Part shown: in pieces, positions 36,365-45,901 of the stretch
Numbering within the stretch: position 1 is the stretch's first letter
How the letters are laid out: every line of letters starts with the position of its first letter
From: an uncultured virus (IMG/VR IMGVR_UViG_3300032295_003395)
Taxonomy: Duplodnaviria; Heunggongvirae; Uroviricota; Caudoviricetes
DNA: 64,000 bases
IMG/VR virus record: IMGVR_UViG_3300032295_003395
Direction: 5' to 3' (one strand)
Translations under genes and position numbers: made by a program
Notes under the pieces: generated by a model
Told to the model about the DNA's origin: nothing
The model's database searches: none
The model's input: the letters and a program-made list of their open reading frames with translations, nothing else

Positions 36365-36970
36365 ATGGCACAGTTAAATTCTTCAAATGTCGTAAATGGT
36401 AATATAGTTCAATCGAATGATATTCTTCAATTATATGATGCTTTCACAGCAGGTGGGGGCACAACAGGAGCATATAATGTTTCAATAAGCGGAAGTTTAA
36501 CCGGTTCAGCAACATCCGCATCTTATGCTCTTTCAGCTTCTTATGCTTTAAGTTCTTCATTTGCAACTAGTGCTTCTTATGCTTTATCAGCATCATTTGC
36601 TATATCATCATCTCGTGCTGTATCTTCTTCATATGCTCTAACTAGTGATACATCAGTTGCTTCTACCGTTACTGATCAAATAAAATCAATAGTAGTTATG
36701 CCAAGTGGTTCTAACCCGCAAACTCGACTTTTAAGAGTTGCTGCGGGTTCACTTGTTCTGACTTCAAGTTTAGCCACAACAGCTGTATCAGATGAATTAA
36801 AATCAAAAATATTAGGAACTGATTTATTTATAAATGCAACCCCTTTTAATGACACAGCACAAATCACTGTAAGATCCTATAATTCAGGAAATGGACAAAT
36901 TACATTCCAACAAAATGGTGGTTCATCAAATGTATTTATATTATGGACAGCCTATTATGTTCCTGTATAA
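36365..36970 (+). CDS. tail-fibre-like protein with SASYALS repeats
   Basis: tandem (S)AS(Y/F)A(L/T)S hexapeptide repeats at ~36510-36640. Confidence 0.6.
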   Translation: MAQLNSSNVVNGNIVQSNDILQLYDAFTAGGGTTGAYNVSISGSLTGSATSASYALSASYALSSSFATSASYALSASFAISSSRAVSSSYALTSDTSVASTVTDQIKSIVVMPSGSNPQTRLLRVAAGSLVLTSSLATTAVSDELKSKILGTDLFINATPFNDTAQITVRSYNSGNGQITFQQNGGSSNVFILWTAYYVPV

Positions 36971-36989
36971 TTAAATTTAATTAAAATTT

Positions 36990-37451
36990 ATGAAAAATTG
37001 GTTATATGAAGGTAAAGAGGTTACCTCAATAGAAGAATTACCTCAAGATAGTTTTGGTTTTATATATGTGACTACTCATATTCCGAGTAACCGTTCGTAT
37101 ATTGGTAAAAAATCGCTATACCACAATATAAAACGCAAATTAACAAAGAAAGAATTAGCGGAACAAACCGGACCTGGTCGCAAACCTACCTCAAAAGTAG
37201 TATCAAAAGAAAGCGATTGGAAAACATATTTTGGTTCTGCTAAACCTGTTCAAGAACTTATTAAAGAAGGTAAACAAGACGAATTTAAACGTGAAATTCT
37301 TAAAGTAGTTAATAATAAAAAATTATTAACTTATTATGAATGTAAATATCTTTTTATGATGGGTGTTTTAGAATATCCTGAAACTTATTTTAACGACAAT
37401 ATTCTCGGAAAATTTTTTACACGTGACTTTGGTATTGTAAAGAATGATTAG
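36990..37451 (+). CDS. GIY-YIG family endonuclease
   Basis: GFIYVTT...SYIGKK, ESDWKTYFGS, YFNDNI. Confidence 0.8.
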   Translation: MKNWLYEGKEVTSIEELPQDSFGFIYVTTHIPSNRSYIGKKSLYHNIKRKLTKKELAEQTGPGRKPTSKVVSKESDWKTYFGSAKPVQELIKEGKQDEFKREILKVVNNKKLLTYYECKYLFMMGVLEYPETYFNDNILGKFFTRDFGIVKND

Positions 37452-37459
37452 TACATTCG
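37428..37459 (+). promoter_or_regulatory. early/middle promoter before primase
   Basis: TTTG-N20-TACATTCG. Confidence 0.6.
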
Positions 37460-37463
37460 TACT

Positions 37464-38393
37464 ATGATAAATCAATCTCTAGTTGCACTGACTAATTCTG
37501 TGCTTGGTACTGGTAAAGCAACGGCAAGAGGTAATTATGCCTATCATTGTCCGTTATGCCACCACCATAAACCAAAATTAGAAATTAATATGTCTGAAAA
37601 TGCTAAAGGTGAAAACGCTTGGCATTGTTGGGTTTGTGATAAAAAAGGTAAAAAAATCTATCAATTATTTAAGGCAGTAGAAGTACCTCCTAATGTAATG
37701 ACGGAGTTAAAAGCTATTGTTAAATACATAGGTCCTGAAACTAAAGTAATAACAGAACACAAATTAGAATTACCTAAAGAATTCAAACCCTTAACTAATA
37801 TTCCCCAATCAGATATTATTGGAAGACATGCCCTAGCATATATTAAATCTAGAGGTATAACTGAAGATGATATAATGAAGTATGGAATTGGTTATTGTGA
37901 AAAAGGAAGGTATGCTAATATGATTATTATTCCTTCTTATGATGCTAAAGGAAATATAAATTATTTTACAGGGCGTTCATTTGAAAAAGAACCCTCAACA
38001 AAATATAGAAATCCATCAGCATCGCGCGACATTATACCATTTGAGTTGTTTATAAATTGGGAATTACCGCTTATACTGTGCGAAGGACCATTTGACGCCA
38101 TAGCTATTAAAAGAAATGTTATTCCGCTACTAGGCAAAAATATACAATCAAATTTAATGAAGAAAATTGTTATGTCTTCTGTTGAAAAGATATACATTGC
38201 ACTCGATAGAGATGCACAAAAACAAGCTTTAGACTTCTGTGAAAAATTAATGCAAGAAGGTAAAGAAGTATATCTTGTAGATATGAAAGACAAAGACCCA
38301 AGCGAAATGGGGTTCGCTAGTTTTACCAATTTAATCCAAGAAACATACCCCTTAACATTCTCAGGATTACTTGAGAAAAAATTATTTTTATGA
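37464..38393 (+). CDS. DNA primase (Zn finger + TOPRIM)
   Basis: CPLC...HCWVC, CEGPFDA, LDRDA, KDPSE. Confidence 0.92.
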   Translation: MINQSLVALTNSVLGTGKATARGNYAYHCPLCHHHKPKLEINMSENAKGENAWHCWVCDKKGKKIYQLFKAVEVPPNVMTELKAIVKYIGPETKVITEHKLELPKEFKPLTNIPQSDIIGRHALAYIKSRGITEDDIMKYGIGYCEKGRYANMIIIPSYDAKGNINYFTGRSFEKEPSTKYRNPSASRDIIPFELFINWELPLILCEGPFDAIAIKRNVIPLLGKNIQSNLMKKIVMSSVEKIYIALDRDAQKQALDFCEKLMQEGKEVYLVDMKDKDPSEMGFASFTNLIQETYPLTFSGLLEKKLFL

Positions 38394-39163
38394 AAAAAAG
38401 AAATGTAAAAGTAGTCAACAATCGTATCTTAGAAATTTCTGAAGACCACAAACAAATTACTCTTCCCGATTCTAGATACTACAGACGAAATGGAGAGTAT
38501 TATCCTTCAATTACCCACGTATTAGGTTCTTATCCAAAAGGTAAACACTTTGAAGAATGGCTTAAAAACATGGGTCGCTCAGCTGATTACATTGTTAGAA
38601 AAGCAGCAGAGGATGGAACTAAAGTACATGAAATGATTGAGGAATATTTAGAAGGTAAAGAAATGAACTTTTTAAATCAATATGGTACTCCTCAATATGA
38701 TCCAAATATTTGGCAAATGTTCTTACGCTTTGTTGATTTTTGGGAAACTCATAAACCTGAATTAATCGACCAAGAAATCCATTTATTTTCAGATACACTT
38801 AAAGTAGCAGGTACTACAGATTTAGTTTGTAGAATTAATAATGATTTATGGATTATTGATCATAAAACATCAAACCATATTCAAACTACTTATGAATTAC
38901 AAGCAGCAGTCTATGCTCATTGTTATGAAGAGTGTTTTGGAGTTAAACCTGATAAAACAGGTATTTTATGGTTGAAATCTTCCAAACGTAAAGGTGCAAA
39001 AGACAAAATGCAGGGTAAAGGATGGGAAATGATTTTACCATCACGTACACAAGAAGAAAACATTGAAATTTTTAAAACAGTAAAACGTTTATTTGATTTA
39101 GAAAATCCAAACGAAGCTCCTGTATTTACAGAATTCAAAACACAAGTTAAAAAAGAAGATTAA
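38390..39163 (+). CDS. PD-(D/E)XK exonuclease (RecB/Cas4-like)
   Basis: YPSITHVL, GTKVH, AGTTD, IIDHKTS, QAAVY. Confidence 0.88.
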   Translation: MKKRNVKVVNNRILEISEDHKQITLPDSRYYRRNGEYYPSITHVLGSYPKGKHFEEWLKNMGRSADYIVRKAAEDGTKVHEMIEEYLEGKEMNFLNQYGTPQYDPNIWQMFLRFVDFWETHKPELIDQEIHLFSDTLKVAGTTDLVCRINNDLWIIDHKTSNHIQTTYELQAAVYAHCYEECFGVKPDKTGILWLKSSKRKGAKDKMQGKGWEMILPSRTQEENIEIFKTVKRLFDLENPNEAPVFTEFKTQVKKED

Positions 39164-39181
39164 AAAATATCTTGCAAAATG

Positions 39182-39213
39182 GTTGGAGGGGCGAAAGCCC
39201 CTTCGTACATTTA
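39182..39213 (+). promoter_or_regulatory. early promoter containing a GNRA hairpin
   Basis: GTTG-N20-TACATTTA with AGGGGC-GAAA-GCCCCT in the spacer. Confidence 0.7.
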
Positions 39214-39228
39214 CACAAAATAAAGGTT

Positions 39229-39513
39229 ATGAGTATTACAAATAAAGAAGGTTACGAATACATGTATATGGGACGTCACAAAGTTACTGTGCGTCATCAA
39301 ATCAATGATAATTTAAATAAAATGATAGGACGTACTCTTCGTACTTGTCTATTACCTACCTATTTAGGTAAACTCATTTATATTAAAGATGATAAATGTT
39401 ATTTTGAAGTTCTTCCTAATCCTGAATGGCCTAAATATAATGCTTGTGCCGGCCAGGTAGAATATATAAATGATCATCACGTTGTTACAATGAAATTTGA
39501 GGAAGAATATTAA
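39229..39513 (+). CDS. hypothetical protein
   Basis: start at AAGGTTATG after promoter. Confidence 0.6.
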   Translation: MSITNKEGYEYMYMGRHKVTVRHQINDNLNKMIGRTLRTCLLPTYLGKLIYIKDDKCYFEVLPNPEWPKYNACAGQVEYINDHHVVTMKFEEEY

Positions 39514-39550
39514 TTAGATGTTTTTGCAATATTTATAACAAACTTTATCC

Positions 39551-40312
39551 ATGATTGGACTGATGTCTCTTTTGCAAGAAATACAAGGAAAACCAAAAGC
39601 TATATTTATGGCTGGTCCTGCTGGCTCTGGTAAATCATTTATTTTGCAAAAATTAGTTCCATCCAACTTTAATGTTATTAATGTTGATGACACCTATGAA
39701 GAATTACTCAAATCTTCAGGTATTGGGATGAAGTTAGCTCAAATGTCACCTGATGAATTAAAAAAAGCAGGTGAATTAATGGGTCAAGCAAGAAAAGTAA
39801 CAAACGACAAATATCAAGATGCATCCCAAAATTTAAAAAATCTTGCTATTGATAGTGTTGGTGGTTCTTCTAAAACTTTATTAAAGAGAAAAGAAGAATT
39901 AGAAAACTTAGGTTATGACACAATGATGATAATGACTTATGTATCGCCTATAACGTCACTAGAGCGTAATAAACAGCGAGACAGATCATTGTTGCCGAGT
40001 GTTGTGATTCGATCTTGGCGCGACGTAAATAAAAATATAAACACGTATAAACAAGCATTTGGTAATGAATTTACAATAGTAGATTTAAATCCTGAGGATG
40101 CTAATAAAAGTTTTGATGAAGAGTTTATATATAAAACATACATCGAACCTTTAGGACAAGTAGGTAAAGAAAAAACCCCTGAAGAAAAAGCTAAGTCCGA
40201 AGCAGAAGCAAAACAAATCTATTCAGATATAAAACAATTGATATCAACTCAACCTGAGTTTGATACTTTAGAACAAGCACAATCAAAAATCACTAACTTT
40301 ATAAAAAAATGA
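39551..40312 (+). CDS. zeta-toxin-like/AAA_33 P-loop kinase
   Basis: AIFMAGPAGSGKS, INVDD, LGYDTMMI, SLERNKQRDR. Confidence 0.75.
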   Translation: MIGLMSLLQEIQGKPKAIFMAGPAGSGKSFILQKLVPSNFNVINVDDTYEELLKSSGIGMKLAQMSPDELKKAGELMGQARKVTNDKYQDASQNLKNLAIDSVGGSSKTLLKRKEELENLGYDTMMIMTYVSPITSLERNKQRDRSLLPSVVIRSWRDVNKNINTYKQAFGNEFTIVDLNPEDANKSFDEEFIYKTYIEPLGQVGKEKTPEEKAKSEAEAKQIYSDIKQLISTQPEFDTLEQAQSKITNFIKK

Positions 40313-40686
40313 AACTAGTAGACTTATTAAACGAAGTAGAAAAAACAGAAAAACCAGTTAAAGAAGTAGCTCCTGTAAAAGAAGAAGCTCCATCTGTAGT
40401 AGATGAAATTGGTAAATTCTTCCAAGTCAAAAAACCAGGCAAAGGTATGACTAAAGAAAATATGGTATGTGAAGTTACTGTATTTGATGAAATCAAAATG
40501 GACGAAACTAAAGGTGTTTATAAAAATAGATCCGAGGCAAACCGTCATGCTACTGAAGCTTTAAAAGAATATGAAATGCAGCTTAAAGAAATGGAAGATG
40601 CTATGGAAGCTTTCCGTGGTGCTAAAAAAGATATTGAGGAGAAAAAAGCAGCAGCAAAAGAAAAAATCCAAAAGTTAAAACAATAA
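40309..40686 (+). CDS. hypothetical protein
   Basis: MKLVDLLNE N-terminus; coiled-coil C-terminus. Confidence 0.65.
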   Translation: MKLVDLLNEVEKTEKPVKEVAPVKEEAPSVVDEIGKFFQVKKPGKGMTKENMVCEVTVFDEIKMDETKGVYKNRSEANRHATEALKEYEMQLKEMEDAMEAFRGAKKDIEEKKAAAKEKIQKLKQ

Positions 40687-43643
40687 TGGATCCACTTACA
40701 AAAGTCTTAGTAAAAGACCTTTTGGAAGCGGAAAATAAAAAAATTACCGCTATCTATGGTGGTGGTTTTAAACCACCTACTAAGGGACATTTTGAAGTTG
40801 TTGCAAAAGCAGCAGAACAGAATCCTGAAATAGATGAATTTATTATCTATGTGGGTGGTGGTGTTCGTGATGGAATAGGTCAAGCTGAATCTATCATGAT
40901 TTGGGAACTTTATAAAAAACACCTCCCATTAAAAGTTAGAGTTGAAGCTGTAAAAGCACCTGTTGGTGATATTTTACGTTATGCTAAAGAACATCCTGAA
41001 GAAACAGTACTTTGGGTAATAGGTGCTCGTGAAAATAATCCTGAGGATTTTGCTGATATTGCTTCTAGAACTAGAACTTTAGATAAATATCCAAATCTAG
41101 AATTACGTGTTATCCAAACAGCAGGTGGTGTTAGTGGAACTGCAGCTCGTAAAGCAGTTAGAGATAACAACAAAGAACAATTCTTTCACCTAATCCCAGA
41201 TATTGAAGAAAAAAATCAAGTATGGGATATTGTTTCTCCTATTATTAAAGAAAATATATTTAAAGATTTAAAAGGAGTTTTAAAATCAATATGGTCTAAA
41301 GGTGGTAAACTTACTCAAGATATAATAGATGGTGCTAAAAGAGAAGGAAAAGAAACATCAAAATTAGTTCAACTTCTTAACAAAATGCTTAGTGGTGATT
41401 CTATCACAAATGATGAAAAAACATTCATGAAAGCACAAGGTAAAGATTTATTAAAAATTTTACCACTTGTAGCTATACAAGGTATTCCGTTACCAATTCC
41501 TATAACTCCTTTATTATTAGTATTAGGGAAAAAATTTGGGTTTAATATACTTCCTGATTCTCATGAGGTTATGCCTTTATCGAATTTAGCTGAAGTAGGT
41601 GAAGCTAATCTTAAACCTTATAAGTGGGAAGAAGTAGATCAAGATTTTCACACAACTTATATAACGTTTGTAACCCCCGCAGAAACTAAATACTATGTAG
41701 ATTTAACTTATACTGAAATAGATGATCCTGAAGATGAAGATATATCTATGGAAGCTATGAGTGTTGAGTTTTCTGCTAAACCTAAAGGTGCTGATGGTTC
41801 ATCTTCTAAAATAGTAGTTAATAAAGGTGAAATGTACACAGTAATGTCTACTATTGCTGACATAATTAAACATTATTTGAGAAAATCAAGAGGTGATATA
41901 AAAGCTATTTTGTATTCACCTTCTAAAAAAGGAAATGAAGATTTTGGTTCTCAAAGAGACAATCTATATAAAGCCTTTATTTCTAAAGCCCTTCCAGGTG
42001 CAAAATTTTTCAAACAAGGAGAATATTCAATAGCCTACCTTCCAGGGAATGCAATAGTATCAGAATTAGTAACAGATACAGAAATTATTTGTGATAATTG
42101 TGGTTGGGAATGGGAAATAGCAGATGGTGGAGATGATTTATACATTTGTCATAAATGTGGACATGATAATAACCCTGATTTAGCAGAAGGTAGAAAAAAG
42201 AAATCTGATCCTAAAAAAGGAACAGGTAAAAAACCCGAAGGATCAGGTCGTAGATTATACACAGATGAAGATCCTAAAGATACAGTTAGAATTAAATTTA
42301 AAACTAAAGAAGATATAGTTGATACTTTAAATAAAAAACAATTTAAAGCTAAATCACATGCTCGTCAATCTCAAGTAATTAATTTAATCCATCAACGAGT
42401 AAGAGCTGCTTATGGTAAAGCAAAAGATCCTGAAGTAAAATCAAGATTAAAACGTGCTTTAGATTATATTGAATCTCGTAAAGAATCTTCCAAAGAAAAA
42501 ACAGAACGTTTACGCAAAATGAAAGAAGCATCTGATCCACAAGCAGGAACAGCCTTACCCTATGGTTCAGGATTTGCTCCTTTAGAAGAAGGTCGTTATG
42601 ATAGTATTGCTAGACAATTAGCTAAATATACTATTAATGGTTGGAAAGATGATGCCCAATCAGGTGAACCTACAGGGCGAGTTGAATTTGAAATTGGTCC
42701 TGGTAAGGATTTAGAATATAAAGATTTACAGTTTTTATATAAAGGAGTAGCAGTATTTGCTGGTATTCAAACATATTCACATAATGGATATGCTAAATTA
42801 AAATCCGGAGAAGTAGGTGTAACATATTCTATTCCAAAAAGTATGCTCCCTCAAGGTTGGGAAGAAATTTACATGGATTTAATTTCTACTATTCGTCACG
42901 AAATTGAACATTTAACACAAGGTGGAATCAACCTAAAACCAGGTAAAGAAATTCTAGATACTCCTCTTAGACGTTTAGTTTCCAAACACCCAGATACTTT
43001 AAGATATCTTCTTTTACCCTCAGAAAAAGATGCAAATATTCAAGGTTTATATTTAAAAGCTAAAAAATGGAAACGTCCTTATTCTGAAGTGGTAGATGAA
43101 TATATTAGAGATTTTTTAAAAATTACTGATAAAAATGATGTTGCTATTCTTAAAGGACTTTATAATAAAAGAGCCCAAGAATTAAACCTCCCCGCTATTC
43201 AAGAAAATGATCCATTTGGTATCAATGCTTATGCTCGTGAGTTAGTTAATGAAGCTTTAAAAGACACTTGGAATCCTGAAGAATCTTTCTTATCTTTATC
43301 AAAGTTCATGATAGATAATGGGATGAAAATTCAACCGTTACCCAAAGTAAAAATAATTTCAGATGATGAAGAAAATGCATCTGATTTTTTAGGTAAAACG
43401 GCTTATTATAATCCAAATGATAGATCTATTACTTTGTATACTAAAGATAGACATCCAAAAGATATTTGTCGTTCATTTTCTCATGAAATGGTACATCATG
43501 AACAAAATTTAGATGGTAGATTAAATAATATTAACACAACCAATACAAACGAAGACGGAGCATTACCTGAAATTGAAAGAGAAGCATATGAAAAAGGTAA
43601 TATGATGTTTAGAAATTGGGAAGACAGTATAAAAAATGTATAA
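40686..43643 (+). CDS. multidomain polyvalent protein (HxGH-like nucleotidyltransferase, Zn ribbon, two HExxH metallopeptidase-like domains)
   Basis: GGFKPPTKGH and SGTAARKA; CDNC..CHKC; RHEIEH; SHEMVH...EREAY. Confidence 0.75.
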   Translation: MDPLTKVLVKDLLEAENKKITAIYGGGFKPPTKGHFEVVAKAAEQNPEIDEFIIYVGGGVRDGIGQAESIMIWELYKKHLPLKVRVEAVKAPVGDILRYAKEHPEETVLWVIGARENNPEDFADIASRTRTLDKYPNLELRVIQTAGGVSGTAARKAVRDNNKEQFFHLIPDIEEKNQVWDIVSPIIKENIFKDLKGVLKSIWSKGGKLTQDIIDGAKREGKETSKLVQLLNKMLSGDSITNDEKTFMKAQGKDLLKILPLVAIQGIPLPIPITPLLLVLGKKFGFNILPDSHEVMPLSNLAEVGEANLKPYKWEEVDQDFHTTYITFVTPAETKYYVDLTYTEIDDPEDEDISMEAMSVEFSAKPKGADGSSSKIVVNKGEMYTVMSTIADIIKHYLRKSRGDIKAILYSPSKKGNEDFGSQRDNLYKAFISKALPGAKFFKQGEYSIAYLPGNAIVSELVTDTEIICDNCGWEWEIADGGDDLYICHKCGHDNNPDLAEGRKKKSDPKKGTGKKPEGSGRRLYTDEDPKDTVRIKFKTKEDIVDTLNKKQFKAKSHARQSQVINLIHQRVRAAYGKAKDPEVKSRLKRALDYIESRKESSKEKTERLRKMKEASDPQAGTALPYGSGFAPLEEGRYDSIARQLAKYTINGWKDDAQSGEPTGRVEFEIGPGKDLEYKDLQFLYKGVAVFAGIQTYSHNGYAKLKSGEVGVTYSIPKSMLPQGWEEIYMDLISTIRHEIEHLTQGGINLKPGKEILDTPLRRLVSKHPDTLRYLLLPSEKDANIQGLYLKAKKWKRPYSEVVDEYIRDFLKITDKNDVAILKGLYNKRAQELNLPAIQENDPFGINAYARELVNEALKDTWNPEESFLSLSKFMIDNGMKIQPLPKVKIISDDEENASDFLGKTAYYNPNDRSITLYTKDRHPKDICRSFSHEMVHHEQNLDGRLNNINTTNTNEDGALPEIEREAYEKGNMMFRNWEDSIKNV

Positions 43644-44181
43644 ATTAACAGACTTGTATAAACAAATTAAAGAGCAGGATACACCTGAGTCACCGCAATA
43701 TAAAATTTATTGCGATATGGACGGTGTATTGGTTGATTTTGACAAAGGTTATAAGCAACTAACAGGTAAAGAGACACATCATGTTGATGTTCAAGGTAAA
43801 ACAGAATTTTGGGATACATTCCGAAATGGTCTTACAAATAAAAACGTTAGTGAAAAAGATTATTGGTCAAATTTAGAATGGATGCCTGATGGAAAAGAAT
43901 TATGGGATCATATTAAACCAATGAATCCAACATTATTATCCGCACCTTCAAGAGACCCACAATCTCGTTTAGGAAAACGTATTTGGGTTAAAAATAATGT
44001 CCCTGGCACTCCTTTAATTCTTGCAGCAGCAGAAGCAAAAAAGAATTATGCAAGAAAAAATTCAATACTTATAGATGATAGAGTATCTAATATTAACGAC
44101 TGGAATAAGGCCGGTGGTATTGGAATTCTTCATACTTCAACAGCAACAACATTAGATAAATTAAGCAAATATGGCCTTTAG
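43636..44181 (+). CDS. HAD-superfamily 5'(3')-deoxyribonucleotidase-like protein
   Basis: CDMDGVLVDF, LLSAP, GKRIWV, LIDDR..NINDW..AGGIGILH. Confidence 0.88.
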   Translation: MYKLTDLYKQIKEQDTPESPQYKIYCDMDGVLVDFDKGYKQLTGKETHHVDVQGKTEFWDTFRNGLTNKNVSEKDYWSNLEWMPDGKELWDHIKPMNPTLLSAPSRDPQSRLGKRIWVKNNVPGTPLILAAAEAKKNYARKNSILIDDRVSNINDWNKAGGIGILHTSTATTLDKLSKYGL

Positions 44182-44482
44182 AAGAGTAGTAATAAGTGGA
44201 GAAAAAGTACAAGATACAAAAACAGATCTTGATGGATTCTTCTCAAATAAAGTATTTAAAACCAACTACCCAGGTCTTAAAACTAAATTAATTTTATCCC
44301 CTATTAAAAAGGATACAATTGTAGTTGATATTAATGGTGATGGAGCTGATACGGTAGCTAAAAAAGTTAAAGATATAGCTATTAAATACAAAATGAAAGC
44401 AGTAATTAAATTGGAAAAACCAATGTCTGCTGTTAACGAAACAAAGTTAACTACTATACTTAAAGATGTACTGAAAAAATGA
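44171..44482 (+). CDS. hypothetical protein
   Basis: overlapping ORF in operon. Confidence 0.6.
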   Translation: MAFRRVVISGEKVQDTKTDLDGFFSNKVFKTNYPGLKTKLILSPIKKDTIVVDINGDGADTVAKKVKDIAIKYKMKAVIKLEKPMSAVNETKLTTILKDVLKK

Positions 44483-45051
44483 GTAAAGACACAGTTTTAA
44501 AAAAAGAGTTCAAACAACGTGACGTACAGCGTCTCCGTAACCTTGTACAAGGTAAATATGGGGAAAGTACCACTATGGGAACTGGTTATCAAAAAGCAAA
44601 AGAATTTCACGATGAAGGTGATGTTTGGGAAGAAGATGGGCGTAAATGGACTATTAAAAATAGTATAAAACAAAATATTACAAAATTAGATAAGGCGAAA
44701 GAAGGTATTGTATTACCTTTATTTTGTCCTTCTTGTTCTCGTACAATGAAACCTCATCTTGATAAAAGATGGTTTGTAATGTATGGTCACTGTTTTGATT
44801 GTCAAGTTGATTTTGAAGCAAATTTAAAAAAACAAGGCAAATTACAAGAATTTGAAGATCAAGTGGTTAATTCTAATATTGATGGTGTAACTAAAGATCT
44901 TGAAGTTTGGTTTAATGAATTGATTAACGAAAAACAAGAATTTATTACTGAAGCAGGTGATGTTGAAAAATGGGATGGTTCCGGAAAACAACAGTTGTTA
45001 AAATATAAAGAAGAAGCATTAGAATATTTACAAAATAAAAAACGAAAATGA
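44479..45051 (+). CDS. hypothetical Zn-finger protein
   Basis: CPSC...CFDC. Confidence 0.65.
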   Translation: MSKDTVLKKEFKQRDVQRLRNLVQGKYGESTTMGTGYQKAKEFHDEGDVWEEDGRKWTIKNSIKQNITKLDKAKEGIVLPLFCPSCSRTMKPHLDKRWFVMYGHCFDCQVDFEANLKKQGKLQEFEDQVVNSNIDGVTKDLEVWFNELINEKQEFITEAGDVEKWDGSGKQQLLKYKEEALEYLQNKKRK

Positions 45052-45665
45052 CAACATTTGCAATGTTTTCAACCATTATTGTTGCTCTTATTACTGCAGT
45101 AATAGGACCACTATTATTAACATGGTTCAAAAATAAAACAGAAAACAAATCCAAACCATCCTCAGTTAAAGAGGCAATTGATCTTAATGAATTGGTTGAT
45201 ACCCAATTAGACCAAATGATGGAGGAAATCGAATGTGATCGTATATGGATAGGTCAATTCCATAATGGTGGTCATTTTTATCCTACAGGAAAATCTATTC
45301 AAAAATTTTCTATTTTTTATGAAAAATTAACTCCTACAACTGGAGCAATTCAACATATTTTTCAACAAATCCCAGTATCTTTATTTCCAAAAGCACTCTC
45401 TAAACTTTATAAAGATGGAGAATTAGCTGTTGTTAATTATGAAAAAGACGAAACATATGATTTAAATATATTTTCACGAGATTATGGAACAAAATCTTTT
45501 TACATGATTGCTATAGATGATTTAGATGGACATTTTATAGGATTAATGGGAATAGCATTTAATGATAAAGAACATAAATTATCTCGAGAAGAATGGATAT
45601 TTATAAGACAGAAGGTAGGAGCTATTGGTTCACTACTAACTGATTATTTAAAAATAAAAAAATGA
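45048..45665 (+). CDS. single-TM protein with GAF-like domain (T4 holin T-like architecture)
   Basis: N-terminal TM; CDRIWIGQFHNG, GTKSFYMIAI..FIGLMGIAF. Confidence 0.55.
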   Translation: MTTFAMFSTIIVALITAVIGPLLLTWFKNKTENKSKPSSVKEAIDLNELVDTQLDQMMEEIECDRIWIGQFHNGGHFYPTGKSIQKFSIFYEKLTPTTGAIQHIFQQIPVSLFPKALSKLYKDGELAVVNYEKDETYDLNIFSRDYGTKSFYMIAIDDLDGHFIGLMGIAFNDKEHKLSREEWIFIRQKVGAIGSLLTDYLKIKK

Positions 45666-45901
45666 AATTAGGATTAGGCCCTTTAGAAAATAGTAGAACT
45701 TTTTATTCTCCAAAAGGTAATCAAACGGTTATTAGAGATACATATACTCCTCAAGTAAACGCACCCCAACCCGAACCAGTTAAAGAAATTGAACCTGAAG
45801 TTGAGGTTAAAATGAGTGGAGAACCAACATTAGAAATCTTAGCAGAAAACCCTGCTCCAAAAAATACAAGAAAGAAAAATGAAAGACCTACAGAAAATTA
45901 A
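45662..45901 (+). CDS. hypothetical protein
   Basis: ORF overlapping both neighbours. Confidence 0.5.
   Translation: MKLGLGPLENSRTFYSPKGNQTVIRDTYTPQVNAPQPEPVKEIEPEVEVKMSGEPTLEILAENPAPKNTRKKNERPTEN

Noticed and set aside
36510..36640. Tandem SASYALS repeats and the N/G/T-rich tract at ~13600-13900 as independent repeat elements
   Set aside because: Ordinary protein-level low-complexity repeats
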